Origin: Bacteroidales bacterium
Lineage (GTDB): Bacteria > Bacteroidota > Bacteroidia > Bacteroidales > PWNQ01
DNA length: 64,000 nt
Reading direction: 5' to 3'
NCBI GenBank assembly: GCA_003557725.1
Contig: PWNQ01000041.1
Span: forward strand, 8,481 to 72,480
The position numbers and the translations under genes were made by a program. Positions 51,444 to 62,910 of the stretch are shown here, in pieces. The notes under the pieces were generated by a model, which saw only the letters and a program-made list of their open reading frames with translations, did no database searches and was not told where the DNA came from. Within the stretch, counting starts at the first letter, position 1, and each line of letters begins with the position of its first letter.

Positions 51444-52298
51444 ATGGATCATTACATAAGCCGGCTTGATAAGACAGCCATGCACAGTATCTCCCTTTTG
51501 TTATTGCTTCTTATTCCCTTTTCCCTGTTTTCTCAGGATGGGCTCCGCCATGAAGCCAACCGTGCATATAGCCCTGGAGAGTCGTTAAAGTTCCGGGTGT
51601 ATTATCATTCTACGGTCACAGGTCGTGTCACTGCCGGCTATATCACCTTTGATGTAAAGGAAGACCTGGAGAGCATGTACGGCCGGGAGACCATGCACGT
51701 GGTGGCCCATGGAACCACCAGCAGGGTTTTCGGGTGGTTCTTCAAGGTGGATGACCGCTATGAGTCCTACATTGACACCCGTACCCTGGCGCCCTGGAAA
51801 GCGGTGCGAAGGGTAAATGAGGGGGGATATATCATCGATCATGACTACTACTTTGACCAAAGGGCGGCAAAAGGCTTTATGAGAAACAACCTGACCAGTG
51901 CCCGCAAGGAGGTGCAAACCAGTCAATATGCCCAGGATATCCTTTCTCTATTCTATTATGCCCGAACCCTGGATTACGATAATGCTCAGCCCGGAGATAT
52001 ACAGGAGGTGGATTTTATGATCGATGACACCACATACACAGCCCGCATACGGTATGACGGCAAAGAAGAGATCAGCACCCGGCTGGGGAAATTCCGGTGT
52101 ATTAAGATCACCCCGCTAATGGATATTAAAGGGGTCTTTGATGAGGAAGACCCCATGGTACTATATGTTACCGACGACCGCAACCGGTTGCCCATTTTTG
52201 GGAAAAGCCAGATCAGTGTGGGATCTGTACGCTTGGAACTAATGGAGTATGAGGGTGTTACAAATTACTTCAATGCAGCCATACAGCTCAACCAGTGA
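51444..52298 (+). CDS. DUF3108 domain-containing secreted protein
   Basis: GESLKFRVYY, FFKVDDRYESY, QDILSLFYYAR, TDDRNRLP; start 51444 or 51480. Confidence 0.8.
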   Translation: MDHYISRLDKTAMHSISLLLLLLIPFSLFSQDGLRHEANRAYSPGESLKFRVYYHSTVTGRVTAGYITFDVKEDLESMYGRETMHVVAHGTTSRVFGWFFKVDDRYESYIDTRTLAPWKAVRRVNEGGYIIDHDYYFDQRAAKGFMRNNLTSARKEVQTSQYAQDILSLFYYARTLDYDNAQPGDIQEVDFMIDDTTYTARIRYDGKEEISTRLGKFRCIKITPLMDIKGVFDEEDPMVLYVTDDRNRLPIFGKSQISVGSVRLELMEYEGVTNYFNAAIQLNQ

Positions 52299-52412
52299 AT
52301 TTGTATCTTCGTCACCAAATAATGAGGTGGATGCTTTCCACTCACAGCGTAAATTATCCAATATCAAACAGAAAAGACCATTAAACGTTATCATCATAAA
52401 AATTATAAACAT

Positions 52413-55400
52413 ATGAAAGCCTTCCTTACCACCCTGGTGGCGATCTTCATAACCACCGTCCTGGTACTCTCTGCCATGGCCCCGGCTCAGGACAAAAATG
52501 AAGAAAAAACTATGGAGTCTTTATGGAAAAGAGTGGAAAAGTTGGAGAAGGCGGGAAAGCCCCGGGCAGCATTGGAGGTGGTGGCAGAGATCAGGCAGTT
52601 GGCGAGGAGTAAAATGCTTAACGCTCAATGGATAAAAGCGGTTTCTTATGAGATGTTGCTGACCATGAGCTATGAGGAAGAGCCCTGGAAAAAGGGGATA
52701 AAAATTCTTGAGAAGGCATTGGAGGAGGCTCCGGATAAAGAGATCCGGGCGGTTATCCATTCACAACTGGGCCATCAATACTATCATTATTATAACAACA
52801 ACCGGCATATTATAAGCGATCGCACTCAACTGCTGGAGGATACGGTTATGGATATAGGGCAATGGACCGCCCACAGGGTTATCCGGGAGTCGGTAAAGCA
52901 CTTTCAAAAGTCGCTGGAAGAAAAAGAATTGCTGGCCCGGGCATCGCTGGAAGACTATGAGGATCTGATCATACGGCCGGATGAAGAGGAGAAAGTGCTT
53001 AGCTCACTATATGAGCTGCTGGCATTGCAAGCCCTGCGCTTCTATGCCCGTGAACCTGCGCCATTGGTCAAAGCAGGGGGAATGACCCGGCTGGAGAACG
53101 CCCGCTACTTTAAAACAGACAGCGAGTTTCTGAACCTCCCAATCCCTGTGGACCATGAAGACTTCCGCCTGATGTCCATGGCCATCTATCAAAGCCTGGC
53201 AGAATTGCACCGAAAGCAGGATAATCAGTTCCTGCAGTTGTGGTTTACCCTGGAAAGGCTGGATTATGCCAGGGAGAAGTCATCAAGAACAGACCGGGAT
53301 GAGCTGTACCTCTTTGCACTGGAGTCCCTCCGGGAAGAAAACCAGGGAAGGGAGACTGTTACCAGAGTGCATTACAGGCTGGCCAAATATTGGGAGCAGC
53401 AAGGGGGGAAGTATAGCCCCCTGTTGAGTGATGACCACAAGTGGGATAAAGTAAAAGCCAAAGATTATTGTGAAGCCGCTCTGGAGCAATTCCCCCGGTC
53501 CTATGGAGCTAAGCAGTGTCGTGTATTGCTGGAAGACCTGCTTAAACCCAATATCTCCCTGGATAATGACCGGATGGTCATACCTCAACAGCCTTCCCTT
53601 GCCTCTATCCGATATAAAAATACGGACAGGTTGTTCTTCACCCTGTACAAAATGGACTACAGGGAATGGAGAAATATAGACAGAAGAGAGCCATCCACCT
53701 TCTTTAGGCGCCTGGCACGGGAAGAAAAGGTAAGCACCTGGCAGGTGAACCCGGAAGATGACGGCGACCTGCAGTATCATCGCGTGGAAGTGGAAATTCC
53801 CGAACTGCCGTCCGGGCACTACGTTTTGGTGGCCTCCAACACGGAATCACCGGTAAAAGATACAGCCCATACTGTTTACAACAACTTCTTTGTCACACCA
53901 ATGTCTGTGATTTTACGTTCACAGTCCAAAAATATTCACCAGGGATATGTGACCTGCCATAAAACGGGAGCCCCCATGAGCGACGTGGACGTGGAGGTGG
54001 TGGAGCGCTATTATGATCGTGCACAACGAAGTTATGGGTACCGGACGGTGGATAAATTACAAACAGGGAAGGACGGTGGTTTTAAATTTGCCAATAACAG
54101 CAAATCCTTCCGCCGGTATATGTTGGAGTTGAGAAAAGGAAGCCACCACTTTACTTATCCGTTGCAGTTTTCTCAGTCACCCTATTCCCGGCAGGAGCAA
54201 ACCCGGGAAAGGATAAGGACCTATCTGTATACGGATCGCGCCATTTACCGCCCGGGGCAGGTGGTCTACTTCAAGGGCATCACCCTGGGATTTGAGGGAG
54301 ATAAGCAGAATATCAAAGAAGGCCTGGACAGCCGGATAACCCTTTATGATGCAAACCACCAGGAGGTGGAACACCTGGAGGTGCGCACCAATAAATACGG
54401 GTCGTTTAACGGGTCCTTTGTGCTTCCATCCACCGGACTCACCGGCATTTTCCGGTTGAGATGCCAGCATGGAACCACCACCATCCGGGTGGAAGAATAT
54501 AAACGGCCACGGTTTGAAGTGGAGCTGAAACAGGTGGAAGACCCCTTCCGGCTGGGGGAGCAGGTGGTGATGAAAGGACAGGCCAGAGCATATGCAGGAA
54601 GCAATGTGAGTAATGCCAGGGTGCGCTATGAAGTGAAGCGTAAAGCAAAATACCGCCCACAAGGGCACAGGTACCGGTATTTCTTTCCCATACCATCCGG
54701 AGAAGAAACCACTATCGCCCAGGGAGAAACTCAAGCCGACCAGCAAGGGAATTTTGAGATCCCATTCCATGCCATTCCCGGTGAACAGAAAGGCGCACAC
54801 ATCCAATCAATCTTCCGGTACACAGTAGAAGCCCATGTGACCGATATCTCCGGCGAAACACGATGGAACAGCAGAACCGTTTCCGCCGGAGACAAAGCAT
54901 TGACCCTGGATGTGAACATCCCGGAGCAGGTGAACCAGACCAGACCCATGGAATACAGGGTTATTACTGAGAACCTGGACGGAGCTAAAGTGCCTGCCTC
55001 CGGCGAAATTACCGTTCAAAGACTGAAACAACCTCAACGACTGCTGAAAGAAAGAGCCTGGCAAGAGCCCGACAGATTTGTGATGGACAAAGAAACGTTT
55101 GAAGAGAAGTTCCCCCATGAGCAGTATCATATAGAGCTTGTCAAAGAGGAATGGGAAGTGGAAGAACAGGTCTTCCATTGTGAATTCAGCACGGAAAAGA
55201 CTGACTCCCTCAGCCTCAATTGTGCTGCCGGGTGGGATGAAGGGGTGTACCGGATAACCATTACTTCACAAGACGTTTTTGGACAACAGGTGGAAACGGT
55301 GAAACACTTTAGCCTGTTTGACCCTTCCAAAAAGAATATGCATGAAAATACCTGGTTCTGGACTCACCTGGAGAAAGCCAGCGTTCTGCCCGGAGAAGAA

Positions 55401-58400
55401 GTGGAACTGGTGATCGGTACGGCAGCCAAAAAGGCATCCATTCAGTTTGCCTATGGCATGAATGGAGAATTCCTTAAGGATGAATGGGTAAACCTTTCCA
55501 ATGAGAAAAGGAAAATCACCATCCCGGTAACGGAAGATCACCGGGGAGGGTTTTATATCTATCTGAACATGACAAAAGAAGGAGTAACCCACCGAAAGCA
55601 GTATCATGTCTCCGTCCCTTTTACCAACAAGAAATTGAGCACACAACTGGTCACCTATCGTGATATTATGGAGCCGGGGAGTAATGAGAAGTGGAAGATC
55701 AAGCTGGAGGGACCGGAAGGGGAGGCCGTGGCGGCAGAAATGCTGGCCAGTATGTATGATGCATCCCTGGATCAGTTCATTAGCCATGGCTGGAGCTTCG
55801 ATTACTTAAGCAAAAATAGGGCCGGAATACAATACCTCTCGCCGGGAAAACGGGTGAGTTCCTCCGCCGCCACCCTTCTTTCCCCACCGAATATATACAG
55901 AATGCCCAAAGAAACCACACTGGAGTCGTTTATCCATGAAACAGGAATGAGCGAAAGGTGGGGGTATGGACGCTTAATCTACCGGTCATATGATAGAAGG
56001 GATAGGGGTGAGGAGGTACACCTGGAAATGATGGAAGTGCTTGATGACGTTGAGACTGATGGGGTGCGGGGAACACAAGAAGTAAGAGGAAGGATTTCCA
56101 AGCCGTTTATAGACAGGGATGATGAGCCCCATTCAGCTAAAATTCAGGAGGATGCATCCCATTCTTCGCTGCCTGGTGAAGCACCGGGCGATCAGATACA
56201 GGTTCGTACCCACTTTTCCGAGACAGCCTTTTTCTATCCCACGCTGGAAACGGATAAAGAGGGGAATATCTTGCTGGACTTTGCCATGCCCGAGGCGGTA
56301 ACCCGCTGGAAACTTATGGCTTTATCCCATACCAGCGATTTAAAAAGCCATATTTTCACCCATTCCGTCCAAACACAAAAAGAGCTTTTGGTGATGCCCA
56401 ATATGCCGCGTTTTCTGCGTGAGGGGGATACCATTTTGGTAAGTGCTGCCATTAGCAACCTGTCGCAGGACACCTTATCCGGTGAAGCGGCCATAACGTT
56501 GTTTAAGGCTGCCAACCGGCAAGTGGTTACCGGAGCGTTTGGTGTGGATGACCAGCAAATGCAGCCATTTTCCCTGGAGCCCCAAGCTACCGAAGCGGTA
56601 ACCTGGAGGCTGGTGATCCCGGAGGGATATCCGGCCGTAATCTGGCAGATCACCGCCCAAACGGAAACCCACTCCGACGGCGAAGAAAAATTGATCCCCA
56701 TATTGCCCAACCGCATGCTGGTTACCGAGTCTTTACCTATGTCCGTGAGAAAAAACAGCTCTAAAGAATATACCTTTGACAAATTGCTGGGATCCGGGCA
56801 GTCGCAAACCCTTTCCCACCACCGGTATACATTGGAAGTGACGCAGAATCCTGCCTGGTATGCGGTGCAGGCATTGCCTTACCTGGCTGACTTTCCCCAT
56901 GAGTGCTCCGAGCAGATATTCAGCCGCTATTATGCCAACGCACTGGCAACACACATTGCCAATGCCCATCCAAAGATACAGCAGGTGTTCAATACCTGGC
57001 GGGATATACAGCCCGACGCCCTGCAAAGCCAACTGGAGAAAAACGAAGAGCTTAAATCGCTGGTGCTTAGTGAAACCCCATGGGTGATGGAGGCTAAAAG
57101 TCAGGCCCAGCAAAAACGACGCATCGCACTGCTGTTCGACCTGAACACCATGAGCCGAAAGAAACAGGAAACCATACGCCAGCTGGAAGAAATGCAGCTG
57201 AATAACGGGGGATGGCCATGGTTCGCCGGAGGATACCCCAACCGCTATATCTCACAACATATTGTGGCCGGGTTTGGACACCTGCAAACACTGGCAGTGG
57301 ATGAGAATGAGCACAGGGTGACAAGAATGATGGAAAAAGCCCTGGGGTACATGGATGACCAAATGGCCAGAGATCTGAAGCGGCTGAAAGAGAGAAATGT
57401 GGACCTGGAAAAGAATAACCTGGGCAGTGTCCATATCCATTACCTGTATGCACGTTCATTCTTCAGTGATGAAATACCTGTAAAGCCGTCGGCTAAAGAA
57501 GCCTTTAACTATTATACACAACAGGTAAAAGACCACTGGCAAGGGCAAAGCATTTACCTTCAGGGTATGATGGCACTGGCCCTGCATAGATACAATGATG
57601 CTGCCGCTGCTAAAGCCATTATGGCATCCATAAAGGACAGAGCCCTGTATGATGAAGAAATGGGAATGTACTGGCGTAAAGACCGGGGATACTTTTGGAC
57701 ACAGGCTCCCATCGAAAGGCAAGCTTTGCTCATTGAAGCCTTTGATGAAATCACCAATGACACGGAAAGCGTGGAGGAGATGCGACTATGGCTGCTTAAG
57801 CAAAAGCAAACCCAGGACTGGGGAACCACCAAAGCCACTGCTACGGCAATATATGCCCTTCTGTTAAGAGGAACGGACCTGTTATCCACAGAGAATACCG
57901 TAACTATTACCGTGGGAGAGCAAGTGATAGACCCGGAGACAGACCATCCCTCGCACACAGAAGCCGGAACCGGCTATTTTAAAAAGACCTGGGACAGCGT
58001 AACCCCGGAAATGGGAAATGTCTCCTTTCAAAACCGGGGAGAAAGCGTGGCCTGGGGAGCAGTCTACTGGCAGTACTTTGAACAACTGGACAAAATCACC
58101 GGACATGAAACATCCCTGAATCTCAGTAAAGAACTGTATAAAGAAGTGCAAACCCCCACAGGGAAACAACTGGAAGCAGTGAGTGAAACCACCCCATTGA
58201 CACCGGGAGACCGCATCATGGTAAGGATCGTCCTTAAAACAGACCGCGATATGGAGTTTGTCCACTTGAAAGATATGAGGGCCGCAGGGCTGGAGCCCGT
58301 AAATGTGATGTCAGCAATGAAGTATCAGGACGGACTGAGATACTATGAAAGTACACGGGACGCCGCAACTCACTTCTTTATGGACTACCTGCACAAAGGG

Positions 58401-58535
58401 ACATACGTGTTTGAATACCCGCTGGTGGTGGCTCAGAAAGGGAACTTCTCCAACGGGATAACCACCATACAGTGTATGTATGCCCCGGAATTTACTTCTC
58501 ATTCACGCGGCGTGCGACTGAATGTGGAAAAATAG
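52413..58535 (+). CDS. Bacterial alpha-2-macroglobulin family protein
   Basis: TDRAIYRPG (MG2), VEEYKRP, ETAFFYP, PRFLREGD, thioester-like CSEQ, MYAPEF. Confidence 0.92.
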   Translation: MKAFLTTLVAIFITTVLVLSAMAPAQDKNEEKTMESLWKRVEKLEKAGKPRAALEVVAEIRQLARSKMLNAQWIKAVSYEMLLTMSYEEEPWKKGIKILEKALEEAPDKEIRAVIHSQLGHQYYHYYNNNRHIISDRTQLLEDTVMDIGQWTAHRVIRESVKHFQKSLEEKELLARASLEDYEDLIIRPDEEEKVLSSLYELLALQALRFYAREPAPLVKAGGMTRLENARYFKTDSEFLNLPIPVDHEDFRLMSMAIYQSLAELHRKQDNQFLQLWFTLERLDYAREKSSRTDRDELYLFALESLREENQGRETVTRVHYRLAKYWEQQGGKYSPLLSDDHKWDKVKAKDYCEAALEQFPRSYGAKQCRVLLEDLLKPNISLDNDRMVIPQQPSLASIRYKNTDRLFFTLYKMDYREWRNIDRREPSTFFRRLAREEKVSTWQVNPEDDGDLQYHRVEVEIPELPSGHYVLVASNTESPVKDTAHTVYNNFFVTPMSVILRSQSKNIHQGYVTCHKTGAPMSDVDVEVVERYYDRAQRSYGYRTVDKLQTGKDGGFKFANNSKSFRRYMLELRKGSHHFTYPLQFSQSPYSRQEQTRERIRTYLYTDRAIYRPGQVVYFKGITLGFEGDKQNIKEGLDSRITLYDANHQEVEHLEVRTNKYGSFNGSFVLPSTGLTGIFRLRCQHGTTTIRVEEYKRPRFEVELKQVEDPFRLGEQVVMKGQARAYAGSNVSNARVRYEVKRKAKYRPQGHRYRYFFPIPSGEETTIAQGETQADQQGNFEIPFHAIPGEQKGAHIQSIFRYTVEAHVTDISGETRWNSRTVSAGDKALTLDVNIPEQVNQTRPMEYRVITENLDGAKVPASGEITVQRLKQPQRLLKERAWQEPDRFVMDKETFEEKFPHEQYHIELVKEEWEVEEQVFHCEFSTEKTDSLSLNCAAGWDEGVYRITITSQDVFGQQVETVKHFSLFDPSKKNMHENTWFWTHLEKASVLPGEEVELVIGTAAKKASIQFAYGMNGEFLKDEWVNLSNEKRKITIPVTEDHRGGFYIYLNMTKEGVTHRKQYHVSVPFTNKKLSTQLVTYRDIMEPGSNEKWKIKLEGPEGEAVAAEMLASMYDASLDQFISHGWSFDYLSKNRAGIQYLSPGKRVSSSAATLLSPPNIYRMPKETTLESFIHETGMSERWGYGRLIYRSYDRRDRGEEVHLEMMEVLDDVETDGVRGTQEVRGRISKPFIDRDDEPHSAKIQEDASHSSLPGEAPGDQIQVRTHFSETAFFYPTLETDKEGNILLDFAMPEAVTRWKLMALSHTSDLKSHIFTHSVQTQKELLVMPNMPRFLREGDTILVSAAISNLSQDTLSGEAAITLFKAANRQVVTGAFGVDDQQMQPFSLEPQATEAVTWRLVIPEGYPAVIWQITAQTETHSDGEEKLIPILPNRMLVTESLPMSVRKNSSKEYTFDKLLGSGQSQTLSHHRYTLEVTQNPAWYAVQALPYLADFPHECSEQIFSRYYANALATHIANAHPKIQQVFNTWRDIQPDALQSQLEKNEELKSLVLSETPWVMEAKSQAQQKRRIALLFDLNTMSRKKQETIRQLEEMQLNNGGWPWFAGGYPNRYISQHIVAGFGHLQTLAVDENEHRVTRMMEKALGYMDDQMARDLKRLKERNVDLEKNNLGSVHIHYLYARSFFSDEIPVKPSAKEAFNYYTQQVKDHWQGQSIYLQGMMALALHRYNDAAAAKAIMASIKDRALYDEEMGMYWRKDRGYFWTQAPIERQALLIEAFDEITNDTESVEEMRLWLLKQKQTQDWGTTKATATAIYALLLRGTDLLSTENTVTITVGEQVIDPETDHPSHTEAGTGYFKKTWDSVTPEMGNVSFQNRGESVAWGAVYWQYFEQLDKITGHETSLNLSKELYKEVQTPTGKQLEAVSETTPLTPGDRIMVRIVLKTDRDMEFVHLKDMRAAGLEPVNVMSAMKYQDGLRYYESTRDAATHFFMDYLHKGTYVFEYPLVVAQKGNFSNGITTIQCMYAPEFTSHSRGVRLNVEK

Positions 58536-58591
58536 TGTATTTTTGCCTGATAACAGAAAAACCGGCAAGTGATCCACTAAACCCAGCAGTT

Positions 58592-59689
58592 ATGAGCACC
58601 GACTACCGACGATGGCTGATTGTTGTCCCCGTACTGTTGATCCTGGGCTTTGTCGTCTGGTCATTCTCTAGTATTATTACCTATATTTTGATTGCTGCCG
58701 TGATCGCCTTTGTAGGGCATCCCTTGATGGACCTGCTGCAACGTATTCGTATAGGAAAGTACAGAATGCCGCGCTTTTTGGGAGCATTGATCACATTATT
58801 AACCCTGGTGGGGGTGGTGGTGGGGTTTTTCTATGCATTTGTCCCCATACTGGTAAGACAGGCTGCTTTTTTTGCTGAGATAGATGTGGTGGAGCTCATC
58901 GAAGGACTGGAAGAACCCATTCAGCAGTTTCAGCTATGGGCCATCGAAAGGGGATTTATTGCAGAAGGTGAATCCGTTGAGCAAATTATTGCCACCCAAC
59001 TTTCCTCTGTCTTTAGCTATGCTAATGTTTCTGACTTGTTTGGCCGGATCATTGGCATTGCCGGATCCCTGTTTATCGGGGTCTTCGCCGTTTTGTTTAT
59101 CAGCTTCTTCTTTATTAAAGATGAGCATTTGTTTACCAATGCCATCTTGCTGTTTGTCCCTGATGCCTACCACGAAAAAATCACCACCATTATCAAGGAT
59201 ACCCGCTACCTGCTTAGTCGTTACTTTATTGGTGTGCTGGGAGAGATAATCTTTATGATCACATTGCTTACTTTGGGGGGGATGATTATTGGAGTGAAAA
59301 ATGCATTTTTTATTGGTTTTATAGGTGGGCTGATGAACATTATACCCTACCTGGGGCCCGTGATCGGGGCTTCACTGGGAGCACTGTTTGTGGCTTCTGC
59401 CAACCTGGATGCCAGCTTTTATGATGTAACCCTTCCCCTGATGTTCTCCATCGTCATCGTGTTTATTGTGTGTAACCTGCTGGATAACATCTTTATTCAG
59501 CCGGCCATATATTCTACCAGCGTGAAATCCCACCCGGTGGAAATCTTTCTGGTGCTGCTGGTGGGAGGATCACTGGCGGGAATATTGGGCATGTTCCTGG
59601 CCATCCCAACCTATACCTTCCTGAGAGTGATCGCTAAACAGTTCTTTAGCGGGTTTAAAGTCATACGCAAGATCACAGAGAGGATATGA
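58592..59689 (+). CDS. AI-2E family transporter
   Basis: Multiple TM helices, SRYFIG, NIIPYLGP, HPVEI, GMFLAIP; TATTTTTG box at 58538. Confidence 0.9.
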   Translation: MSTDYRRWLIVVPVLLILGFVVWSFSSIITYILIAAVIAFVGHPLMDLLQRIRIGKYRMPRFLGALITLLTLVGVVVGFFYAFVPILVRQAAFFAEIDVVELIEGLEEPIQQFQLWAIERGFIAEGESVEQIIATQLSSVFSYANVSDLFGRIIGIAGSLFIGVFAVLFISFFFIKDEHLFTNAILLFVPDAYHEKITTIIKDTRYLLSRYFIGVLGEIIFMITLLTLGGMIIGVKNAFFIGFIGGLMNIIPYLGPVIGASLGALFVASANLDASFYDVTLPLMFSIVIVFIVCNLLDNIFIQPAIYSTSVKSHPVEIFLVLLVGGSLAGILGMFLAIPTYTFLRVIAKQFFSGFKVIRKITERI

Positions 59690-60705
59690 GAGGCTCCATT
59701 ATCAGGAACGGATTATGTGTTGTGTCAGGGCTGTCTTTCCGACGGGCTGTCAACTATTTGAAGATCGCCCTCAGCTACCGGATCAGTGCGGTAATAAATA
59801 AACCCCTGATGTGGGGGTATCCGGTATCCTTCGCCATAGAGCCCACCAACCGTTGTAACCTTTCCTGTCCCCAATGTCCCTCCGGAAGCGGACAAGATCA
59901 AAGATACAAAGCCGACCTGGATGAGAAAACCTTTGCAAAAGCCCTGGAAGAAATGGCCCCACACGCCATGTACCTCACCCTTTACTTCCAGGGAGAACCG
60001 TTTTTGCATCCCAATATGGCTCAATTGGTGAAGGAAGCGAAAAAGCACAACCTTTATGTGGCCACCTCTACCAACGGACATTTTCTTGACCAGGGGAATG
60101 CCCGGGAAATAGTGCAATCCGGTTTGGATAAACTTATTGTTTCGGTGGACGGAACCAATCAGAAAACCTATGAAAGCTACCGGAAAGGAGGCCAGCTGGA
60201 TACGGTTATCCGGGGGATTAAGGCCGTTATAGAGGCTAAAATTGAGAATGAATCTAAAAAACCAATGGTTGAAGTGCAATTTCTGGTTATGGGGATCAAT
60301 GAACATCAAACCGGTGAAATAAAAGTGCTTTGTGAAAACCTGGGCGTGGACCGCCTGGAGCTGAAATCAGCACAGATATATGACTACGGGAAAGGGAGCC
60401 CGCTCATCCCGGAAGACCCAAAATACGCCCGGTATAAAAAAATGCAAAATGGACAGTACGTGCTGCAAACTAATTGGAAAAACCGATGCAAACGAATGTG
60501 GGAAAGTTGTGTTATCACCTGCACAGGAGATGTTTTGCCTTGTTGCTTTGATAAACATGCACAGTATGTTATGGGAAATATTGCCAATGAAAAGCTGACG
60601 GAGATATGGCACAACTCCCGCTATAATGCGTTCAGAAAAAAAATACTTAATGACCGGCAAACCATCCCCATGTGCCGGAATTGCACCGAAGGACTTCGCG
60701 TGTGA
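59686..60705 (+). CDS. Radical SAM / SPASM-Twitch domain protein
   Basis: CNLSCPQC, GEPFL, STNG; C-terminal C...GDVLPCC...CRNC; ATGA overlap with the upstream gene. Confidence 0.92.
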   Translation: MRGSIIRNGLCVVSGLSFRRAVNYLKIALSYRISAVINKPLMWGYPVSFAIEPTNRCNLSCPQCPSGSGQDQRYKADLDEKTFAKALEEMAPHAMYLTLYFQGEPFLHPNMAQLVKEAKKHNLYVATSTNGHFLDQGNAREIVQSGLDKLIVSVDGTNQKTYESYRKGGQLDTVIRGIKAVIEAKIENESKKPMVEVQFLVMGINEHQTGEIKVLCENLGVDRLELKSAQIYDYGKGSPLIPEDPKYARYKKMQNGQYVLQTNWKNRCKRMWESCVITCTGDVLPCCFDKHAQYVMGNIANEKLTEIWHNSRYNAFRKKILNDRQTIPMCRNCTEGLRV

Positions 60706-60752
60706 GCCAAATAGATACACTGCAAGAGGGTAAATGGGAGAAGCTTTCCGGG

Positions 60753-61316
60753 TCAGACGGTCATAATGTCCTTTTCCTTGGCTTCCAAAAACGTGTCAAT
60801 GTTTTCTCCAAATTCCTGAGTGAGCTTTTGGATATCGTTTTCCAGTCGCTTGGCTTCATCTTCCGGAAGCCCTTCCTTTTCCAGCTTCTTGGTCATGTCA
60901 TTGCCGCTTTTACGTATGGTGCGAAGACTGACCCGGGCCGTTTCAGCCACCTCTTTGGCCTGCTTAACCAAATCCTTACGCCGCTCTTCTGTCAATGCTG
61001 GCACCGTAATGCGTATCAACGCACCATCATTCTGAGGGTTAAAACCCAGATTAGCGGACATGATTGCCTTCTCAATGGGCTCAATATTGTTCTTGTCCCA
61101 CGGCTGAACTACAATGGTGCGCGCATCCGGCGTGCTGATGCTGGAGACTTGATTCAAAGGCATTAAGGTGCCATAACTCTCTACCTTTACATTGTCCAGC
61201 ATGGAAGGATTGGCCTTCCCGGCACGAATGTGTAATAGCTCCCGCTCAAGGTGCTTAATGGTGCTCTCCATTTGCTTCTTCGTCTGTGCGTAAATAGCTT
61301 GGGTGTCTTGACTCAT
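60753..61316 (-). CDS. frr: Ribosome recycling factor
   Basis: IRAGKANP, QPWDK, NPQNDG, PALTEERRKDLVK; -7 box TATTTTTG at 61341-61348. Confidence 0.96.
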   Translation of the reverse strand: MSQDTQAIYAQTKKQMESTIKHLERELLHIRAGKANPSMLDNVKVESYGTLMPLNQVSSISTPDARTIVVQPWDKNNIEPIEKAIMSANLGFNPQNDGALIRITVPALTEERRKDLVKQAKEVAETARVSLRTIRKSGNDMTKKLEKEGLPEDEAKRLENDIQKLTQEFGENIDTFLEAKEKDIMTV

Positions 61317-61515
61317 ATCTGTAACTTTTTCTGTGGCTCGCAAAAATACGACAATTCTGAAAATAATTAAGGTGATGGATAATTTACAACAATACGAAAA
61401 TATTTCCCGCAGGTTACAGAGAATAACAAAACATAATGCAATTTCGCCATCTCTACCACTTCATCTTTTTAACTATTTTTGCACTCTTACATTTATGCCT
61501 TAATACTCCGAGCTG

Positions 61516-62223
61516 ATGAAAAAGTTGATTTTTCCCTTACTTGCCGGTATATTCTTTTTCTCCTGCGATATTCTTCAGGAGTTGAATTTGCCTGAGGTTG
61601 CTGTTACTGGTGATGGGCTGACCCGTGAGGAGATCGCTATGGGCCTGAAAGAGGCATTAGAGGTTGGTACCGGCAATGCTTCACAGCGGTTGGGCCGCGA
61701 GGATGCCCTGTATGGTAACCCGCAGCGAAGGATCCCTTTTCCTCCGGAGGCTCAGGTAGTAGAGGAGCGCTTGCGACAGGCCGGCATGGGCGACCTGGTG
61801 GATGAGTTTATCCTGGAGATGAATCGTGGCGCCGAAAAGGCCATGGTAAAGGCCAGACCCATCTTTGTGGATGCCATTAAACAGATGACCATCCGGGATG
61901 CCACAGAGATCCTTCGTGGCGCAGATAATGCAGCCACCGAATATTTTAGAAGAAATACAGAGGATCAGTTGTATGAAGCCTTTAGGCCACCAATAGAGCA
62001 GACCATGGACGAAATGAGGGTGACCAGCATCTGGGCCACCGTAATGCGTACCTATAACCGCTTGCCCTTCCAAACCAAGGTAAATCCGGACTTGCCGGAC
62101 TATGTGACCCGGCAGGCCATGGACCGGCTTTTTATGGAGATTGAAGTGGAAGAGGCCAAAATCAGGAATAACCCGGCTGCCCGGGTGACGGAACTGCTCA
62201 GAAGGGTGTTCGCCGCACAATAA
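61516..62223 (+). CDS. DUF4197 family lipoprotein
   Basis: Lipobox [36 protein letters not shown]. Confidence 0.88.
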   Translation: MKKLIFPLLAGIFFFSCDILQELNLPEVAVTGDGLTREEIAMGLKEALEVGTGNASQRLGREDALYGNPQRRIPFPPEAQVVEERLRQAGMGDLVDEFILEMNRGAEKAMVKARPIFVDAIKQMTIRDATEILRGADNAATEYFRRNTEDQLYEAFRPPIEQTMDEMRVTSIWATVMRTYNRLPFQTKVNPDLPDYVTRQAMDRLFMEIEVEEAKIRNNPAARVTELLRRVFAAQ

Positions 62224-62238
62224 GAAACAATATACTGT

Positions 62239-62754
62239 CTATTTCTGCCACTCTTCATAATGAATGCGCACCGGGTCGAATCGATCCGGACGGGGCTTGC
62301 GCTCATCAGGATAGCCTAATGCAATAAGGGATACGGGCAAAATGTGTCCCGGCAAACCCAGATATTCCCCGATTTCTTTCATGCGCTGCTCACGTGGGTA
62401 AACCCCGAGCCAGCAGCTCCCAATACCCATGCCGAAGGCACTCAGTAAGATATTCTGTGTGGCAGCAGAGCCGTTAATAGCATTATACGCATCCATGCTC
62501 TCCTTTTGCTGGTCGCCACATACAAGAATGGCCGCAGTTGCCGTATTTAACATGGAGGCATAAGGATGGATCTCTGCCAAACGGTCCAGACGGGAACGAT
62601 CAGTGACTACCACAAAATGCCATGGCTGATAATTCCGGGCCGAAGGAGCATACATGGCCGCTTCTAACATGGCTTCCAGATGGTTCTTATCCACGGGCTT
62701 GCTGCTAAACTTGCGAATGGATCGACGGTCTAATAAAGCTGTTGTAATGTCCAT
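62239..62754 (-). CDS. Nitroreductase family protein
   Basis: RRSIRKF, APSARNYQPW, GIGSCWLG, IALGYP. Confidence 0.93.
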   Translation of the reverse strand: MDITTALLDRRSIRKFSSKPVDKNHLEAMLEAAMYAPSARNYQPWHFVVVTDRSRLDRLAEIHPYASMLNTATAAILVCGDQQKESMDAYNAINGSAATQNILLSAFGMGIGSCWLGVYPREQRMKEIGEYLGLPGHILPVSLIALGYPDERKPRPDRFDPVRIHYEEWQK

Positions 62755-62910
62755 AAACTTTTTTTTATGTTGCGAAGATAATATATCCCAAACAATTAGA
62801 TCGTGAAACCCCGGCTAAATGATCCGGAGGATACGTTTTATAGACGGACATATTCCAAAACAGTATATTTTTGCCGGTTTAATTTTAACCCTGATAAAGC
62901 GTATATCTCG

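Noticed and set aside
60753..61316. frr separated from pyrH/tsf
   Set aside because: It has its own promoter box; an ordinary rearrangement with no sign of a new function.
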